A stretch of DNA of 64,000 nt, from NCBI RefSeq assembly GCF_037042905.1, contig NC_087263.1, forward strand, positions 4,836,001 through 4,900,000, written 5' to 3'. A model generated the notes under the pieces. It was not told the origin of the DNA. It saw only the letters and a list, made by a program, of their open reading frames with translations, and searched no databases. Made by a program: the position numbers and the translations under genes. The DNA comes from Lytechinus pictus (taxonomy: Eukaryota). Below, piece by piece: positions 39,230 to 52,474 of this stretch; the first letter of the stretch is position 1, and every line of letters starts with the position of its first letter.

Positions 39230-39565
39230 CATCATCACAATCATTAATCATCAGCATCGTCGTCCTTACTAATACTACCACCATCATCATGATTCAACAT
39301 CGTCACCGCCATCATTAGTATCGTCATCACAGTCACTTTTATCATCATCGCCACCATTATCAAACCCATCATCGCCGTCACCAGCATAATCATCGTCATC
39401 GCCATTTTCATCATCATCATTATTACCATCATCATCATCATCATAATCATCATCATAATTACCATCCTCATCATCATAATCATTATTATAATCATCATTA
39501 TCATCATCATCCACATTACCATCATCCACATCATCGATCACCATCCTCTTCATCATCATCATCAT
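39230..39565. repeat. (CAT)n microsatellite in P450 intron 1
   Basis: Direct reading. Confidence 0.92.
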
Positions 39566-40543
39566 ACTTTTTTTTGTACTGTTTCATGTGAGGGAACTTA
39601 GCAACCGAGCGAGATATTGTCAAACATGAAATGAAAACTGGTGATTTAGTTCACTTTAGGGCTTGAATAGGAAGCTCATGATGACGGTACTTTGGGCTAC
39701 TTAATATTCACATTCTTTTACTTGCAGCTATTAAGAAAACATCTATATATGTATATTTAAAAAAAAACCTGGGAGCAAAGTATTTGATGGGAGGGAAGGG
39801 GAAGGGGGTGAGCACTTGTCTACATGCCCCGTCTATCCCTCACCTGATGGTGCCATTTACTGCAGGGTGGCTCGCAGCCCATTGTGATTCCACTCCCACC
39901 TCCCCCTCCCCCCCCCCCCCCCAAATTGAGCGAAAAAAACAATCGTAAACAAAATTAATTCGTACAAACGATAATCATAATATCCCACGAAGCCTGCAGT
40001 TAAATTTGATATCAGAATAAAATTGACGAATAATGTGTTTCGTGTTATTATTCATTCTCCCATGCATGCATTGTCATGCATGATATGCCTGTAGAATATG
40101 TACTTTGATCGGGACAGGGCATTGAACTAGACTTCCAGATCACGTACATTGATACTAACTATTCATGGCAATTCGCAAGTGAATATAGCTATACAATTGG
40201 TTGGTGTTAGGCTCGGATTTTCCAGAAATCGCTCTTAGAAAACATTATTCAGACTTCCACTCTATTGAGATATTTCCTGAAAGTATTGTATGGTCTTTGC
40301 TATAATCTACGCAGTAGTTCTGTCGATGTTCTAAATTTTCTGAGACTATATTTTTTATACTATATCGGCTCTATCAGCTCTAAAATACACCATTGAAATA
40401 TAACTCTGTTGCAAAGGCATAAAATCAGGGGCGGTGCAGAGGGGTGACTATCCTAAATTATCAACTGATTGAAAAGTGGTATTTTTTAGTTCATAAATAT
40501 TATTTACAAACGCGACCTAGGGAAAGGAAGTTGTCATTTTCTA

Positions 40544-40686
40544 GGGCCCGTTGCATAAAACTTTTACCTTAAAAACCTCTTGCCAGAGTTTTTTAATGTG
40601 TAATTTTCAATGGCATAAGTTTGTTTGCCAGAGTTTTTGTTCATTTACCAGATTTTTTTATGGAAAAAGTTTTATGCAACGGGCCC
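40544..40686. mobile_element. Short Harbinger-like MITE
   Basis: GGGCCCGTTGCATAAAACTTTT ... AAAAGTTTTATGCAACGGGCCC, perfect 22-bp TIR. Confidence 0.8.
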
Positions 40687-41662
40687 CTGGTCATAGATAT
40701 AGGCCTAATCGTCACAACTTTATTTCCTTTGTTTTCACGTTTTATCACATGAACTAAAAAATCATATCAAAAGAGAAAATAAAGCTCAGAACTTGGCTAA
40801 GTTTGCTGAAAGCACGGATATAATGACGTCAGTGGCGTCATGAGCCAGAGATTGAGAAAGCAAACATGGTGAACGGGCCAAATTTGTTATTTAAAAAAAA
40901 ACACGAGCTAGGCAAGCGAGCAAGACTTTCGACAAATTAATACGAAAAGCTTGTTTTGTGATAGATTTTTACAATAAATTATTCAGAAACATGATATTTT
41001 TCACTCTTTTTCCTTTCCTTTCTTTTTCCCCCCTCGGCCATGCCACTTTGGGGGCCTGGCCTCAGCCCCCCCCCCCCCCGCTATACGCCAGCGGTTGATC
41101 AACATCATTCTGTCTTCTGATCACAAGCTATCAGATCTAACAACAAAATATGACGTCTGTTTAGGTCGATCGTCGTGCCCAACCCCATCAAAATATTCTG
41201 GGGTCAGGCAAATCAGGCAAACCCGGGGACCTGGCCAGGGGTGTATCTATTATCAGGACGGTACTCTGACAATCATGGGCGGAAATCCCAGGGGGGACAG
41301 GGGGACGTGTCCCCCCTACTCAAAATAGTAGGGGGGACATAATATCAAATGTCCCCCTACTATTTGTGGTCTTTTATTATGGTAAGAAATACATCATTCA
41401 AAATCGAAATGATAAATGTATTTTAGGACGAGATGACCTAACTTTTGTGATGATAACATTTTTTTTTTTTGCTTGTCAAATTTTCCAGCACCTTGTCCTT
41501 TTGGGAGAGATTTCCGCCCCTGCTGACAATCAATGTGCAGTACCCAAAGTAACAATGTAATAGTTCTTCCCTTGTCAGGTCCCTGGGCATACCCCCTCAT
41601 AATAAAACAATAATTTATGTAAAAATTGTCAGACCCGAGCCCCCATCCCCTACGGTTCTCAC

Positions 41663-42053
41663 CGGCACCGTTATTCACTCTGCACGTCTTGTCGTCAGCC
41701 ATTTCAAAAGTAATCCTGTCGTTGATATAAGGGATCTGATGAAAGGCCTCGGAAATAAGACCAGGATCTGCAAGGATGTAGACCCTGGTCCCAAGCAGCT
41801 TAAAAGCAAAGATGGGTCCGTATTTGTGACTCCACTCATCCACGACTTCATGCTGCTGTCGTTTGGTGATGATCAAACTAAAGACATTCCCAATGATCGG
41901 GAGACCTGACGGTCCTGGAGGGTAGTTCCTGGACTCCTGGAAGAGGCCCCGGTAGATCAGGTACAGTAGAAGGGTTATTCCGCTAACGACAAGCGCAGAA
42001 GAACTGATGTGGTGTAATACGGATGGCTGTACGACGCTCTCAACCCCCGCCAT
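41663..42053 (-). CDS. Cytochrome P450 (clan 2, CYP2-like), exon 1
   Basis: N-terminal membrane anchor, PPGPSGLPIIGN, KYGPIF; donor G|GTGAGA; 391 nt, phase 1. Confidence 0.95.
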
Positions 42054-43256
42054 GTTTGATCATAATCATCTCGGTAATAACACTGACGGTGGCGGTGAGC
42101 GTGATATAATCCAGGTATTGTGTTATCATGATTGTCGGTATATGTTATTGTATATGGAAAATATAGTGGTCATATACGGTGCACTCAGGCGGAAGTTTAA
42201 AGGAGCGGATGATCGGAGGCACATAGACATGGAAAGCGGGATGCGGGGGGGGGGGGTGGAGGCCTACCCCAAAAATAATTGGCAGCACCCCCATGTATTC
42301 TTGAAGATGTGTGAAAAAAAAGAAATGGGGGAAATGCAAGCAAAATGACATACATTTAGTAGTGAAACCATTTTTTTTTTGCTTTTCGAATTACGTCAGC
42401 ACCCTCAGTAAAAAAAAAATCGTTCCCAGAGCCCTGCACATCTGAGGGGAGTGCCATATGCCAATAGCTTACTTCCCATATGCCAATGGCGTCCTTTTCA
42501 TATTGCCAATTCATCTATATGGCAAATTATATACCGATAGGCATAACTTGAGCTGGGCTATAGCTTTTACTGTTGCCTTGCTCAAAAAGTAATATAAAAC
42601 GAATTCCGACAACACTGTTGTTCAGGATTTAAAATAATTATCCCTCCATAATAATTCGGTCTCGGGGGGGGGGGGGGGGGGGGGAAATAGGTCGATAGTC
42701 TCAAGTTCACTTCTGGCATGTCTGCATGGGCAATGGTTTTTACTATTTACATTTACCTTCATGAGCAGTAAATATAGTATAACAAATATAGATAATAATA
42801 ATAATAGTAATGATCATTCTTGCTTAGGAAGTGTTTAACACTGACTTCATCAGACATCTCTCAGCGACCTTCAATATTGCAAATGAAATAAAATGAAACG
42901 AAATGAGATGAAATGATATGGCATGACATGAAATTTGTTTAAACCCGCTCGCTTCACTCGATCGCATTAAAAAATATATTAAAGGTGAATGATTTCATAA
43001 CTCGACCAGCACCCTCGTTTTTTCCACTATGGTACTGCTATACACCAATGCAGTGGATGTTGATAGGATATCATGATTGTGATCAGGATTGTTCCACTTG
43101 CTTCAGAATAATTCACTGTAAATTTTGTTTGTCAAAACGATTTTCTCTATATTCGAAAGGAGCAATTTTTACAAAGTGAATGAAGTACCCTCACTATAGC
43201 ATAGCAAGCTTTTGCGTAATATTCCTCATGGCTGTCGTTGATATATAGGTTGTTAA

Positions 43257-44440
43257 AGGACAAGTCCACTCCAACAAAAAGTTGATTTGAATAAAAAAAT
43301 AAAAATCCAACAAGCATAACACTGAATATTTCATCAATACCGGATGTAAAATAAGAAAGTTGTGACATTTTAAAAATTCGCTTAATCCCACAAAACAGTT
43401 ATATGCACATCCCGGTCGGTATATGCAATGAGGAAACTGATGACATCACTCACTCACTATTTCCTTTGTATTTTATTATATGAAATATTAAATATTCAAA
43501 TTTTATCCTCATTATCTTGTGAAACAAAGTTTTTTTTCTCCCTGAATGTGGAATTACCACTGGTTAACATTGATTTTTAAGGTTCAGTCAAGTTGGTCCT
43601 TATTGTCAAATCTGTAAAAATTGAAATATTGTATAATTCAAACAATAAAAATAAAGAAATAGTGAGTGAGTGACATCATCGATTCTCGCATTTGCACATG
43701 ACTAAATTGTGCATGTAGCTATTTTTTGAAAAATAAGCGAAACTTAAAGGACAAGTCCACCCCAACAAAAAGTTGATTTGAACAAATAGAGAAAAATCCA
43801 ACAAGCATAATACTGAAAAATTTCATCAAAATCGGATGTAAAATAGGAAAGTTATGACATTTTAAAGTTATGCTAAATTTCACAAAACAGTTATATTCAC
43901 ATCCTGGTCGGTATGCAAATGAGGGGACTGATGACGTCACTCACTCACTATTTCTTTTGTATTCTATTATATGATATATGTTAATTTTCTCCTCATTGGA
44001 AGGTGAAGTAAGTTTTCTTCCTTCATGAACATGGAGAATTACAATTATTCTAACATTTTATTGTTCAGTAAAACTGGTCTTTATTGTCAAATCTGTAAAA
44101 ATTGAAATATTGTATAATTCAAACAATAAAAAACAAAAGAAATAGTGAGTGAGGGACATCATCAACTCTCTCATTTGTGTGTTGCCGAGTTGTGCATATA
44201 ACTGTTTTGTGAAAAATAAGCGAAACTTTAAAATGTCATAACTTTCTTATTTTACATCCGATTTTGATGAAATTTTCAACGTTATTCTTGTTTGATTTTT
44301 CTCTATTGATTCAAATCAACATTTTTCTGGGGTGGACTTGACCTTTAAATATGTCATAACTTATTTTACATTTTACATTATGCTTGTCTGATTTTTCTCT
44401 GTTGATTCAAATCAACATTTTTCTGAGGTGGACTTGACCT
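43257..44440 (-). mobile_element. Kolobok-type family A copy 3 (outer), interrupted by copy 4
   Basis: TTAA|AGGACAAGTCCAC ... GTGGACTTGACCT|TTAA. Confidence 0.85.
43748..44344 (-). mobile_element. Kolobok-type family A copy 4 (inner, nested)
   Basis: TTAA|AGGACAAGTCCACCCC ... GGGGTGGACTTGACCT|TTAA inside copy 3. Confidence 0.9.
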
Positions 44441-44718
44441 TTAAGAATGAAAACCAAATAGGAAATGGGTAACAAAATGTGAGGAAAATCGAATAAGAAA
44501 GAAGAGAAAAGGAAACAGGTGAGCATGGTGAGACATGTGAGAAAAAGAATATCATGAATATTGGGGAAAAAATCATACGAACCCAACAGAATCAGGGCCA
44601 AAATACTCTATTTGGTAACATCTCCTGCAGTACGGCCTAATGGTGCGATTTATGTTTCTTCCTTTAGAACCAATGCTCGTATAATTCATGTGTGTTTTAT
44701 TAATTTCAAATTATTCGT

Positions 44719-44880
44719 CAGGGGCCGCGGAACGGATTTCTAAGTGGTGGGGGGGGGGCTGACCATGCAAAAAATCTCAATCATAATTATGGTAATTTTT
44801 ACGTTTTTGTACACTGTTTTGGAAAAAAGTGGGGGGCTAAAGCCCCCGCCCCCCCCCCCACCCCGCTTCCGCGGCCCCTG
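44719..44880. mobile_element. Short MITE
   Basis: CAGGGGCCGCGGAA ... TTCCGCGGCCCCTG, perfect 14-bp TIR. Confidence 0.75.
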
Positions 44881-45803
44881 CTCGTTACTGTGGTAAAATA
44901 ATTGATAACTGCCAGACATATATATAATTCATCTTTATTTGCCAATTTGCATGGAAAAAACGTCAAATCATTAACAATAAATCAAAATAGGCTTGATAAT
45001 AATAGACAATCGCCAAACGAAGATTAATTCAGTGATATTGGTCACTATATACGCTCTGGCTCGTTTCCATACATGCAAATCAGGGATAAAGATTCCCTTT
45101 ACGGTATATCAATTCGTATTATTGATTAGTATTAGTAAACTTAAATCCTACAAAAGATTAATTGTTTATTGATCGATTCGTTGTCTCGTCAGATATCAAT
45201 GACCCAAACAAGTGCAAACAGTGACAATAACAAATATAATAGAAAAGAAAGAATGAAAGAAATAACTGCGTCTAGAGTCTCTAGACGGTCTAGTTGATAA
45301 TGTATTGAATAGTGATGATCGCAGATTAAAATAGTTAATTCGATTACTAATCTATTAAGATTATAATTGGTTGTTTCAACAATACATCATAATCCGACAT
45401 TGATAGGCCTTTGAAATGGAATGTCTCAACTAAGGGTGTGGTTTGATTACAAGCAACCATGGCCTTTGGAAAATAATAGGATACAGTGTGATTATCGAAT
45501 GTACGTATATTCCCAATTATACCTAATAGTACTAAACAAAGTTTAATCAGATAATGTTTAATTCTATGCAATATTTAATTCTAAAGAATGGTAAGCCCTC
45601 TTTATAGTCAATTAATAATCACTATAATCATGGCGATAAAACGTAACACGATGCAGGCGTGGGTCGAAATATAATGAAATATTGATCTATTTCACTTTAT
45701 AACTTTTGTATTTCTATCTTTAGAATTACTGGAGGGGCAGCAGATACGCTTTTAAGTCAACTCAATTCGTTTTCAAGAGGGCTTCTAAAGACTTTGGTGT
45801 TGG

Positions 45804-46163
45804 CAGGGCCCTGGGAACGATTTTATTTATTTTTTTTCTTTACAGGGGGTGCTAATGTAAATTTGAGAAGCAAAAAGGGGGTTTCACTAAAGAAAAAATA
45901 AGGTAAATTTGTTCCCGAGAAATCTGACAAGCAAAAAAAAGGGTGGATTGCACTGCAAAAAACTGAAGGTCATTTTGGTCCCGAGAAATTTGACAAGCAA
46001 AAAAAGGGGGTTTCTATACAATGATATGTAGGCCATTTCGGTTACATTTCTCCATATTGTCACACCTATATACCAGAATTCCAGGGGTGCTGCCCATGGA
46101 GAATAATACACGAAAACATGAAAATGTGGGGGTACTTCAGCATCCCTGCTTCCCAGTAGTCTG
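45804..46163. mobile_element. hAT-like MITE, inverted relative to 15699-16119
   Basis: CAGGGCCCTGGGAACG start; TTTGACAAGCAAAAAA subrepeats; degenerate right end; no clean TSD. Confidence 0.7.
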
Positions 46164-46386
46164 CTGGGCAAACCCTTCACTCGAGTTAAGGGTCTGAATG
46201 TGCAGCCTACTCATGCCTTGTGTACTGAAGGCTCTCTCGCTCAGGAGAGCTCCTGTATTGGAACAGCAAGTTTTGTATGTGCTAGTCTTTGCGTGGAGGC
46301 ACACTTGTTGATCAAAGTTCCAATCAGGGTCTGTGCCTGCAGACTAGCTTCCCAGTGCCATGAGAGGCGGGTGGGGTCACTTTACA

Positions 46387-46645
46387 CAGGGGTGGATCCA
46401 GGATTTTTCAAAAGGGGGAGGGCACATCTTCCCGAGGAAAAATTTGACAAGCAACAAAAAGGGTTTTAACCAAAAATTAAGGGTATTTCGTCCACGAAAA
46501 AAATTGACAAGCCAAAAAAAAAATGTCTTCACTTTCAAAAGGGGGGCACACTTATGTTTCAACAGCATTTTTACATTACAAATTAATTGTGCCTCTCAAA
46601 GGGGGTCACTGGCCGGCTTTGCCCCCCCCCCCGGATCCGCCAGTA
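46387..46645. mobile_element. hAT-like MITE
   Basis: CAGGGGTGGATCCAGG ... CCGGATCCGCCAGTA; 8-bp TSD ACTTTACA/ACTCTACA. Confidence 0.75.
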
Positions 46646-48549
46646 ACTCTACATCAGGACAGAACATAGTAGAATCAACAAAAAGAAACTTTCGCGCGCA
46701 AAACGCATCTGATGATCGATAATATCGACAATACAAAGAAAATACGTGTACGTATTGATTGTCATTCACACACGCGATTGTCGCGTGCGGACGTATAACA
46801 TTGGTAAACATTGCACAAGCGGGAATCTTGAAAATAATTTCCCCATTTACGTGTCAGCATATGAAGATGCCCTTCTTTCTTCGAAATTATTGGATAAAAG
46901 AAACAATGAAACAACTCATTATTGTTTAAAAAGAATTGTTAGACCTCTAAAGTTTGTAACCATATCTTTTGTTCTGTAATTATGCTTACATCAATATGAT
47001 TTCGACCTTTTTGTTCCTTCTCTTTTTTTCTTTCCTGTATATATAAACGCAAATGAAATAAGTCGATTACATTTTCTTCATTTCCAAGGGGGGTCCACAC
47101 TTTACAAGCTTTGCTTTTTAGTGGACCCCCCTCATTTCCATTTATGCTCAAAATTATACTGTTTTTTGTTTTACGAAGTAAGAATGCTCGTCTGTAAAAT
47201 TGTATTTGATTTGTATTACTTTATATTACTTTGTATTATGTTCTGAATGGAAATGGAATAAAGAATTGAATTGAAAAATTGAATTGAATTTTGAAAATAA
47301 TTGTGTGCTTCCTCTTATTCCTTAATTTCCTTTCAATGTATTATTGGATGATATCATCAGGAGAATAAATCGGTTCCTATTTTGAGTTATGATGGTGAAA
47401 TCTATCGAAATTTATATTATTTCTCAAGATAATTAATATGAAATGCTGAAAGTGGGAAATTGAAACTTTCAATTTTGAAAATAATTTCCCCATAGAGGTG
47501 TCAAGTGTCGGCATAATCTTATGAAGATGCTCTTCTTGTTTCGAAATTATTAATTAAAAAAAACAACCTTAAATTTACTATCTGAATATTTTCTGTTGAT
47601 GGGCCTAAAGTTCATAAACATACAATATGCACCTCCTTATTCCTGATATTGTATTATTGGATGATCATGATATCTGGACAATCAATCGGTTGAATTTTGA
47701 AGAATGTGATAATCAAATCTATCTAAATTGAATGATATTCTCAAAATAATTCGAACAAATGCAGAAAATGGGTAGAAATTGAAACTTGCAAAAAGGGGAT
47801 GGCATACGAAGAAATACGTTAGTCAGTATAGGTCCAGGGAGTTTAGAGTAGAGCATGGCTGGTCACAGTTGGTCATTATCTAGAACAATTAGTGAAGCCA
47901 TAATAATAAAAGAATATTGAACGATCCTTCCACGTGCGAGCCATCTGCCTCAGAGCAAATATTGATTCCAAGATGAGCAGTGAGCTCATAGAAAATAGAT
48001 TACATAATAGAAACAGGGTTGAAAATAAATAAATGAAGATTGTTGCTTCGGGAGGCGGGGGCTCATCGCAATAGTCGACCATCCTCAAAGCATATGCTGT
48101 CTGCTGAACATCCACTTACTACTTATATCTGTGGGATAATCTAAGAAAAAAGAATCTTTGTGGCAGTGGCATATTTAGGGAGGGGCACGTGCCTTGTTGC
48201 CGGGGTGCAAAAAAGGGCAAAAGTGAGAAGGGGTTGGGGTGAAAGAAAGAGAAATGAAAGCTTTAATGAAAATACTGACGCCTTGTTTGTAAAAAAAAAA
48301 TGTGGAAAATTGTGAAAATCTTGAAATAGAAATTGCGAAATAGTAAAATTGAGAAAATTCACCAAATAATATTACAAAACTATATTATATTATATAATAA
48401 TATTATAAAACTCCTAAGTTTTAGTTCTGTGACATCTATGAAAACAGCACCCACTGACCAAATTGGATGAATTTACAAGCAGTGAAAAATGAAATTCACA
48501 ATTTATATCTTATCCTACTTTAAATTTATGGAATATTGACTCCCCTTAA

Positions 48550-48944
48550 ATATAAATTCCAGTAGTTGCAGTAAACACTGATTTCATGAGAAAGTCTGTA
48601 AAACCAGGCTTAATTGTCAGTATATCATCGAGGATCTAGATCTGGTACAGTTACATAAACTGAACTTTGTGAAATCTTGAAATCTACGCTGAATAATGTT
48701 CAGACTGAGCTTCCCCAACACGGATAAGCGCACGTGGGACAGTGTATAATTATTGCTTTGAGCGTCGGGCCCGACGCTCTACCCGAATCCTGTGCTTATT
48801 TGCTGATTTCACAGCAATTACACAATTTCTTCCAGAATCCTTTGGCACATGCGTTTTATTTATACAAACAGACACTTTGGTGGTCATTTCATTGGATTCT
48901 GTACGAACTCATTTTGATATCGTTACCAAAACTAGCATTTACCT
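48550..48944. mobile_element. Kolobok-type element (family D)
   Basis: TTAA|ATATAAATTCCAGT ... ACTAGCATTTACCT|TTAA; homologous to 28585-28974. Confidence 0.8.
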
Positions 48945-49639
48945 TTAAACATGTTTAAGGAGAAGTGGGATTTTATTTCACTTTTTTTTTTTTTGGGGGG
49001 GGGGGGGTACTAATCCAGTATAAGGACTGCAGGGGTGGTTCGTCCAGTTGGGTGATTTTTAAGGGGGTGTCAATTTGAGAAGATTTGGAAATCTAACGCC
49101 CCGTGGCTTCTCTTTTGAAAATCTTTTCTTTTGTTCTAATCCATCTTGACCAGTACAGCCACGCGCCTCGTCAATACCCATCTTTATTGGTTTTACGTCC
49201 AAGTGTCAACACTGATTACATAATAATCTTTCTCTCGTGGAGATGCACCTGCCTCTGTGGTGTAGAGCCGGATTGGAGATTCGAAAGAAAGACAGGAGAA
49301 GGAAAAGAAAGTCAAAACATGGAGCTCTATGGTCAAAACGAGTTCATTGTAAAATGATTGAATTAAAGACTTTCAAGTGAAGTGGAATTAGTTTTGTCAA
49401 GTGAACGGGTCTCGTCCGGTGGATTTAGTACTTCAAAATTAGAGAGAGATGGCAAGAGAGAGTGATAAAGAAATAATGAATGAATGAAAGGAGGGGCGGG
49501 AGAAGAAAGAAAGAGAGAAAGAAAGAAAGAGAGAGAGAGAAAGAAAGAAAAGAAAAGAAAAAATAAATAGAGGGAGGGAGAGAAAGAAAGAAAGAAATAA
49601 GGAGGGGAAGGGGATTGTGTTCATGACAAGCCTATATAA

Positions 49640-49751
49640 TACACGTTCGATTAATGCAATACTCGAATTTTTAACGTCTGTAACCGTGCATGAGCTGGGG
49701 TTCGAACCCACAATCTTATAACGACGATCCCTTCCACTGCGTCACCATGCC
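49640..49751 (-). mobile_element. Degenerate tRNA-derived SINE fragment
   Basis: TGACGCAGTGG A-box-like and GGTTCGAACCC B box. Confidence 0.45.
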
Positions 49752-52304
49752 TTTCCAAAATGCAGCTCTTACATTACTTTCTAACATAATACTAGGCCAA
49801 CCTTGCAAACTATATAGGAAGGGAGGGGAGTGGTCTATTTTGATCTTATTTTGCTCTTTGTTTCATAAAAAAAAATTATGTTTATTGATCTGGGATCAAA
49901 ACCCGCGTCAATGAACGAAACAAGACCTAAAGCGTGAGGTTTCCCGCCAAATACGTCTGAATTGCCTTGTTAACCCTCGCCAGAGGTGTGAGCTTTTAAA
50001 CACCATCATCTTCGAATTTATTTGAAGTCAGAAACCGCACCCACCTCTTTTTCCTCTTCCGTGAATGCCTTCGATAGCCATTATCATCGGTGTGTAAGAA
50101 GGTTTTGTGAAGAAAGGTATATTTGAACTTCATGTTAACATAGACCTACCACATAATTGTATTCCAGATAAGCCTGTAGCTCTAGGCCGCTTATTGTAGC
50201 TTCGAATAGGCAAATGTTTGACTAAAGTTTTAGCAAAGCCTCTCGAAGCATTTGAAATCCCGTTATTTTGACCAGGAAACTAATACCATGTTTTCCTCGT
50301 TTGGCCAAGGCTCACTATATTTGAAGAATCATATATCAATGATATTTTAATGACAATCACATCGGTGCATCCCAAATTATGTGCCAAAAGGATTCCCTTT
50401 TTAAAACAAAATGATGAAACCTGGGTCCTTTCGACAACAGCGATGTTGTTTGTTTTTAATAATTCCCAATTATAGAAGGCGTTATGTTTTATGGATATTC
50501 CACCCCCCCGTGCATGCTTTCTGCTAAATATTAAGCCTTTTTAAAAATCATTGTTGTTTCCAAACCCCTCCCCCATCCGCCACACGTATATATCTCCAAT
50601 TTATTTGTTAAATCAGGAAATCTCATCATGCACTAATGAAATATGTGAAGTCAAACCCAATGGGGTTTCTACTTGTTCTCTGTTTTAATCCCCTTATCCA
50701 ACAGCTGCAGAATGAATCCTGATTGGCCTACCTGCCGAATCCACTCGATTAAAAAGTCAAGTTCAGATGAAAAGGAAGATCATTCGAGATAATCACCGAT
50801 TATCCCTTTTACACCGGTCGGATCCAACATGGTGTTCAACTTTGACGCCGTCACAGGTGATTTGGTCGAGTCGCGCGGCCAACGAAGAGTGTGGAATTGG
50901 CCAACCGCAAATTCAAGGTAAGTTTAGATTGCAGAGCAAGAAATAAGAAACATTTTTTCTCCCTCTTATTCTTTTGTAGCACATTAAAACTTTATTTGTT
51001 TACATAGCATTTCTCATTAACATAGTAATTAACATATCTTAATGATCAAGCCGGGGTATAACAAATACTGATGATCCGCCATTAACTGAAAAACCCCAAA
51101 ATGAATCCCTACAAAATCGCCGATCCCTTCTTCTAATTTATAACCTTTTCAGGCATCATACATGTGTGTGTAGAGCAGTAATGTTTGTTTACTCAAATGA
51201 ATAATAAGAAAAGGAATCCATACACAATAATTCTCATTAATCATGGATGACCACGTATTAGTGCATTGTTTATGCTTGAGACCATGTTGTTTATCTACTA
51301 AGCCCATTCATGATGTATAGTCGCAGATACTGCAGATGCAAGGATGTATTCAGAGTACACTTTAAAAACGTTGAATAAGAAATTACCCAGTATGTAGTTA
51401 TGAAGCGAGTGTGTTTGTTGGCTTATAAGTTTGGGGTAAAATGTATGATTCGTCGGTAAATTTTTACAACACCAGGCGTCATTTCACCTTAAAAACTAAT
51501 ACCTCTTATGCAGCGTACTTCTGCAGTTATTTCCTTATGAAATATCCATAGAGATATATCTCTATGGAAATATCCGACTGATTTTTTGTCGATAACATCG
51601 CCCTCCACGGAGAGGGCGCTTTCCATTGTAGATGGGGGGGGGGGGGGCACTGAACTAGAGATACGTATTTTTAGTTCAGTGGGGGGGGGGGGGCTATTTT
51701 GCCTCAATTTTATGTTTATGCAATTTGGTAACTTCTGGAGCCCGCATTCGGTAAGTTTAGAGGTTCCTCCTCTCAACCAACTTTATGTAAACAAAAACAA
51801 CTCGCTGGCCAACACAGAAAGAATAATCCGAAGCATTCTCTTTATGCCGACGGGCTTTTGGCGGTTTGTCCGTTCGGTGTGCTTTGAAGATTGCCGCAGC
51901 ATCTTGACTTTTCGAATGGGTTCATCACACCCCCCCCCCCCCACCACCACCACCACCACTACTACCACCACCCCCCCTCTCTCTCTCTCTTCTCTCTTTC
52001 TCTCGCTCCTTCTCTTCAAGGTGTATTATGCATCCTTCTGTCCATGCTTTTATTAATGGTGCGCATTTTGGAGAAAACAATATTTTCTTATAAGTCGAGA
52101 TTGCAGCCTAATTTTCAAGAGCTTATATATAATTCATCTACCTTTCCTTTAGTTTTGTTTTATCGATATTTTCTTAATTGTTATATTTTTTAATCGGGTA
52201 AGTTTTGTCCATTGTTGAAAATTTTATGTTTTAGCGCTTGATACGATGGGAAACAATGTTTGTAAGCGCCGTATAATATTACCGCTGCTACCCTGATTGG
52301 CCGC

Positions 52305-52474
52305 ATCAAGCATTCAAGGAATTTCTTCCTACCCATATACTACACCTCGGTGTATATGGAGAGTGGCAAATGTAGATAAACGCAGTGACAAAGGACGCAA
52401 GTGCTGCTGTGGGATTTGAACCCCAAGCCTTATGGTTCAAAGTCCGGAGACTTATCCACTGAGCCACATCACCT
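52305..52474 (-). mobile_element. tRNA-derived SINE
   Basis: TGGCTCAGTGG A box, GGTTCAAATCCC B box, body GCACTTGCGTCCTTTG...TTTATCTACATTTGCCACTC. Confidence 0.7.

Noticed and set aside
52400-52474. Possible tRNA genes here and at ~22040-22108 and ~49690-49751
   Set aside because: A/B boxes are present but there is no complete cloverleaf; they continue into SINE-like bodies
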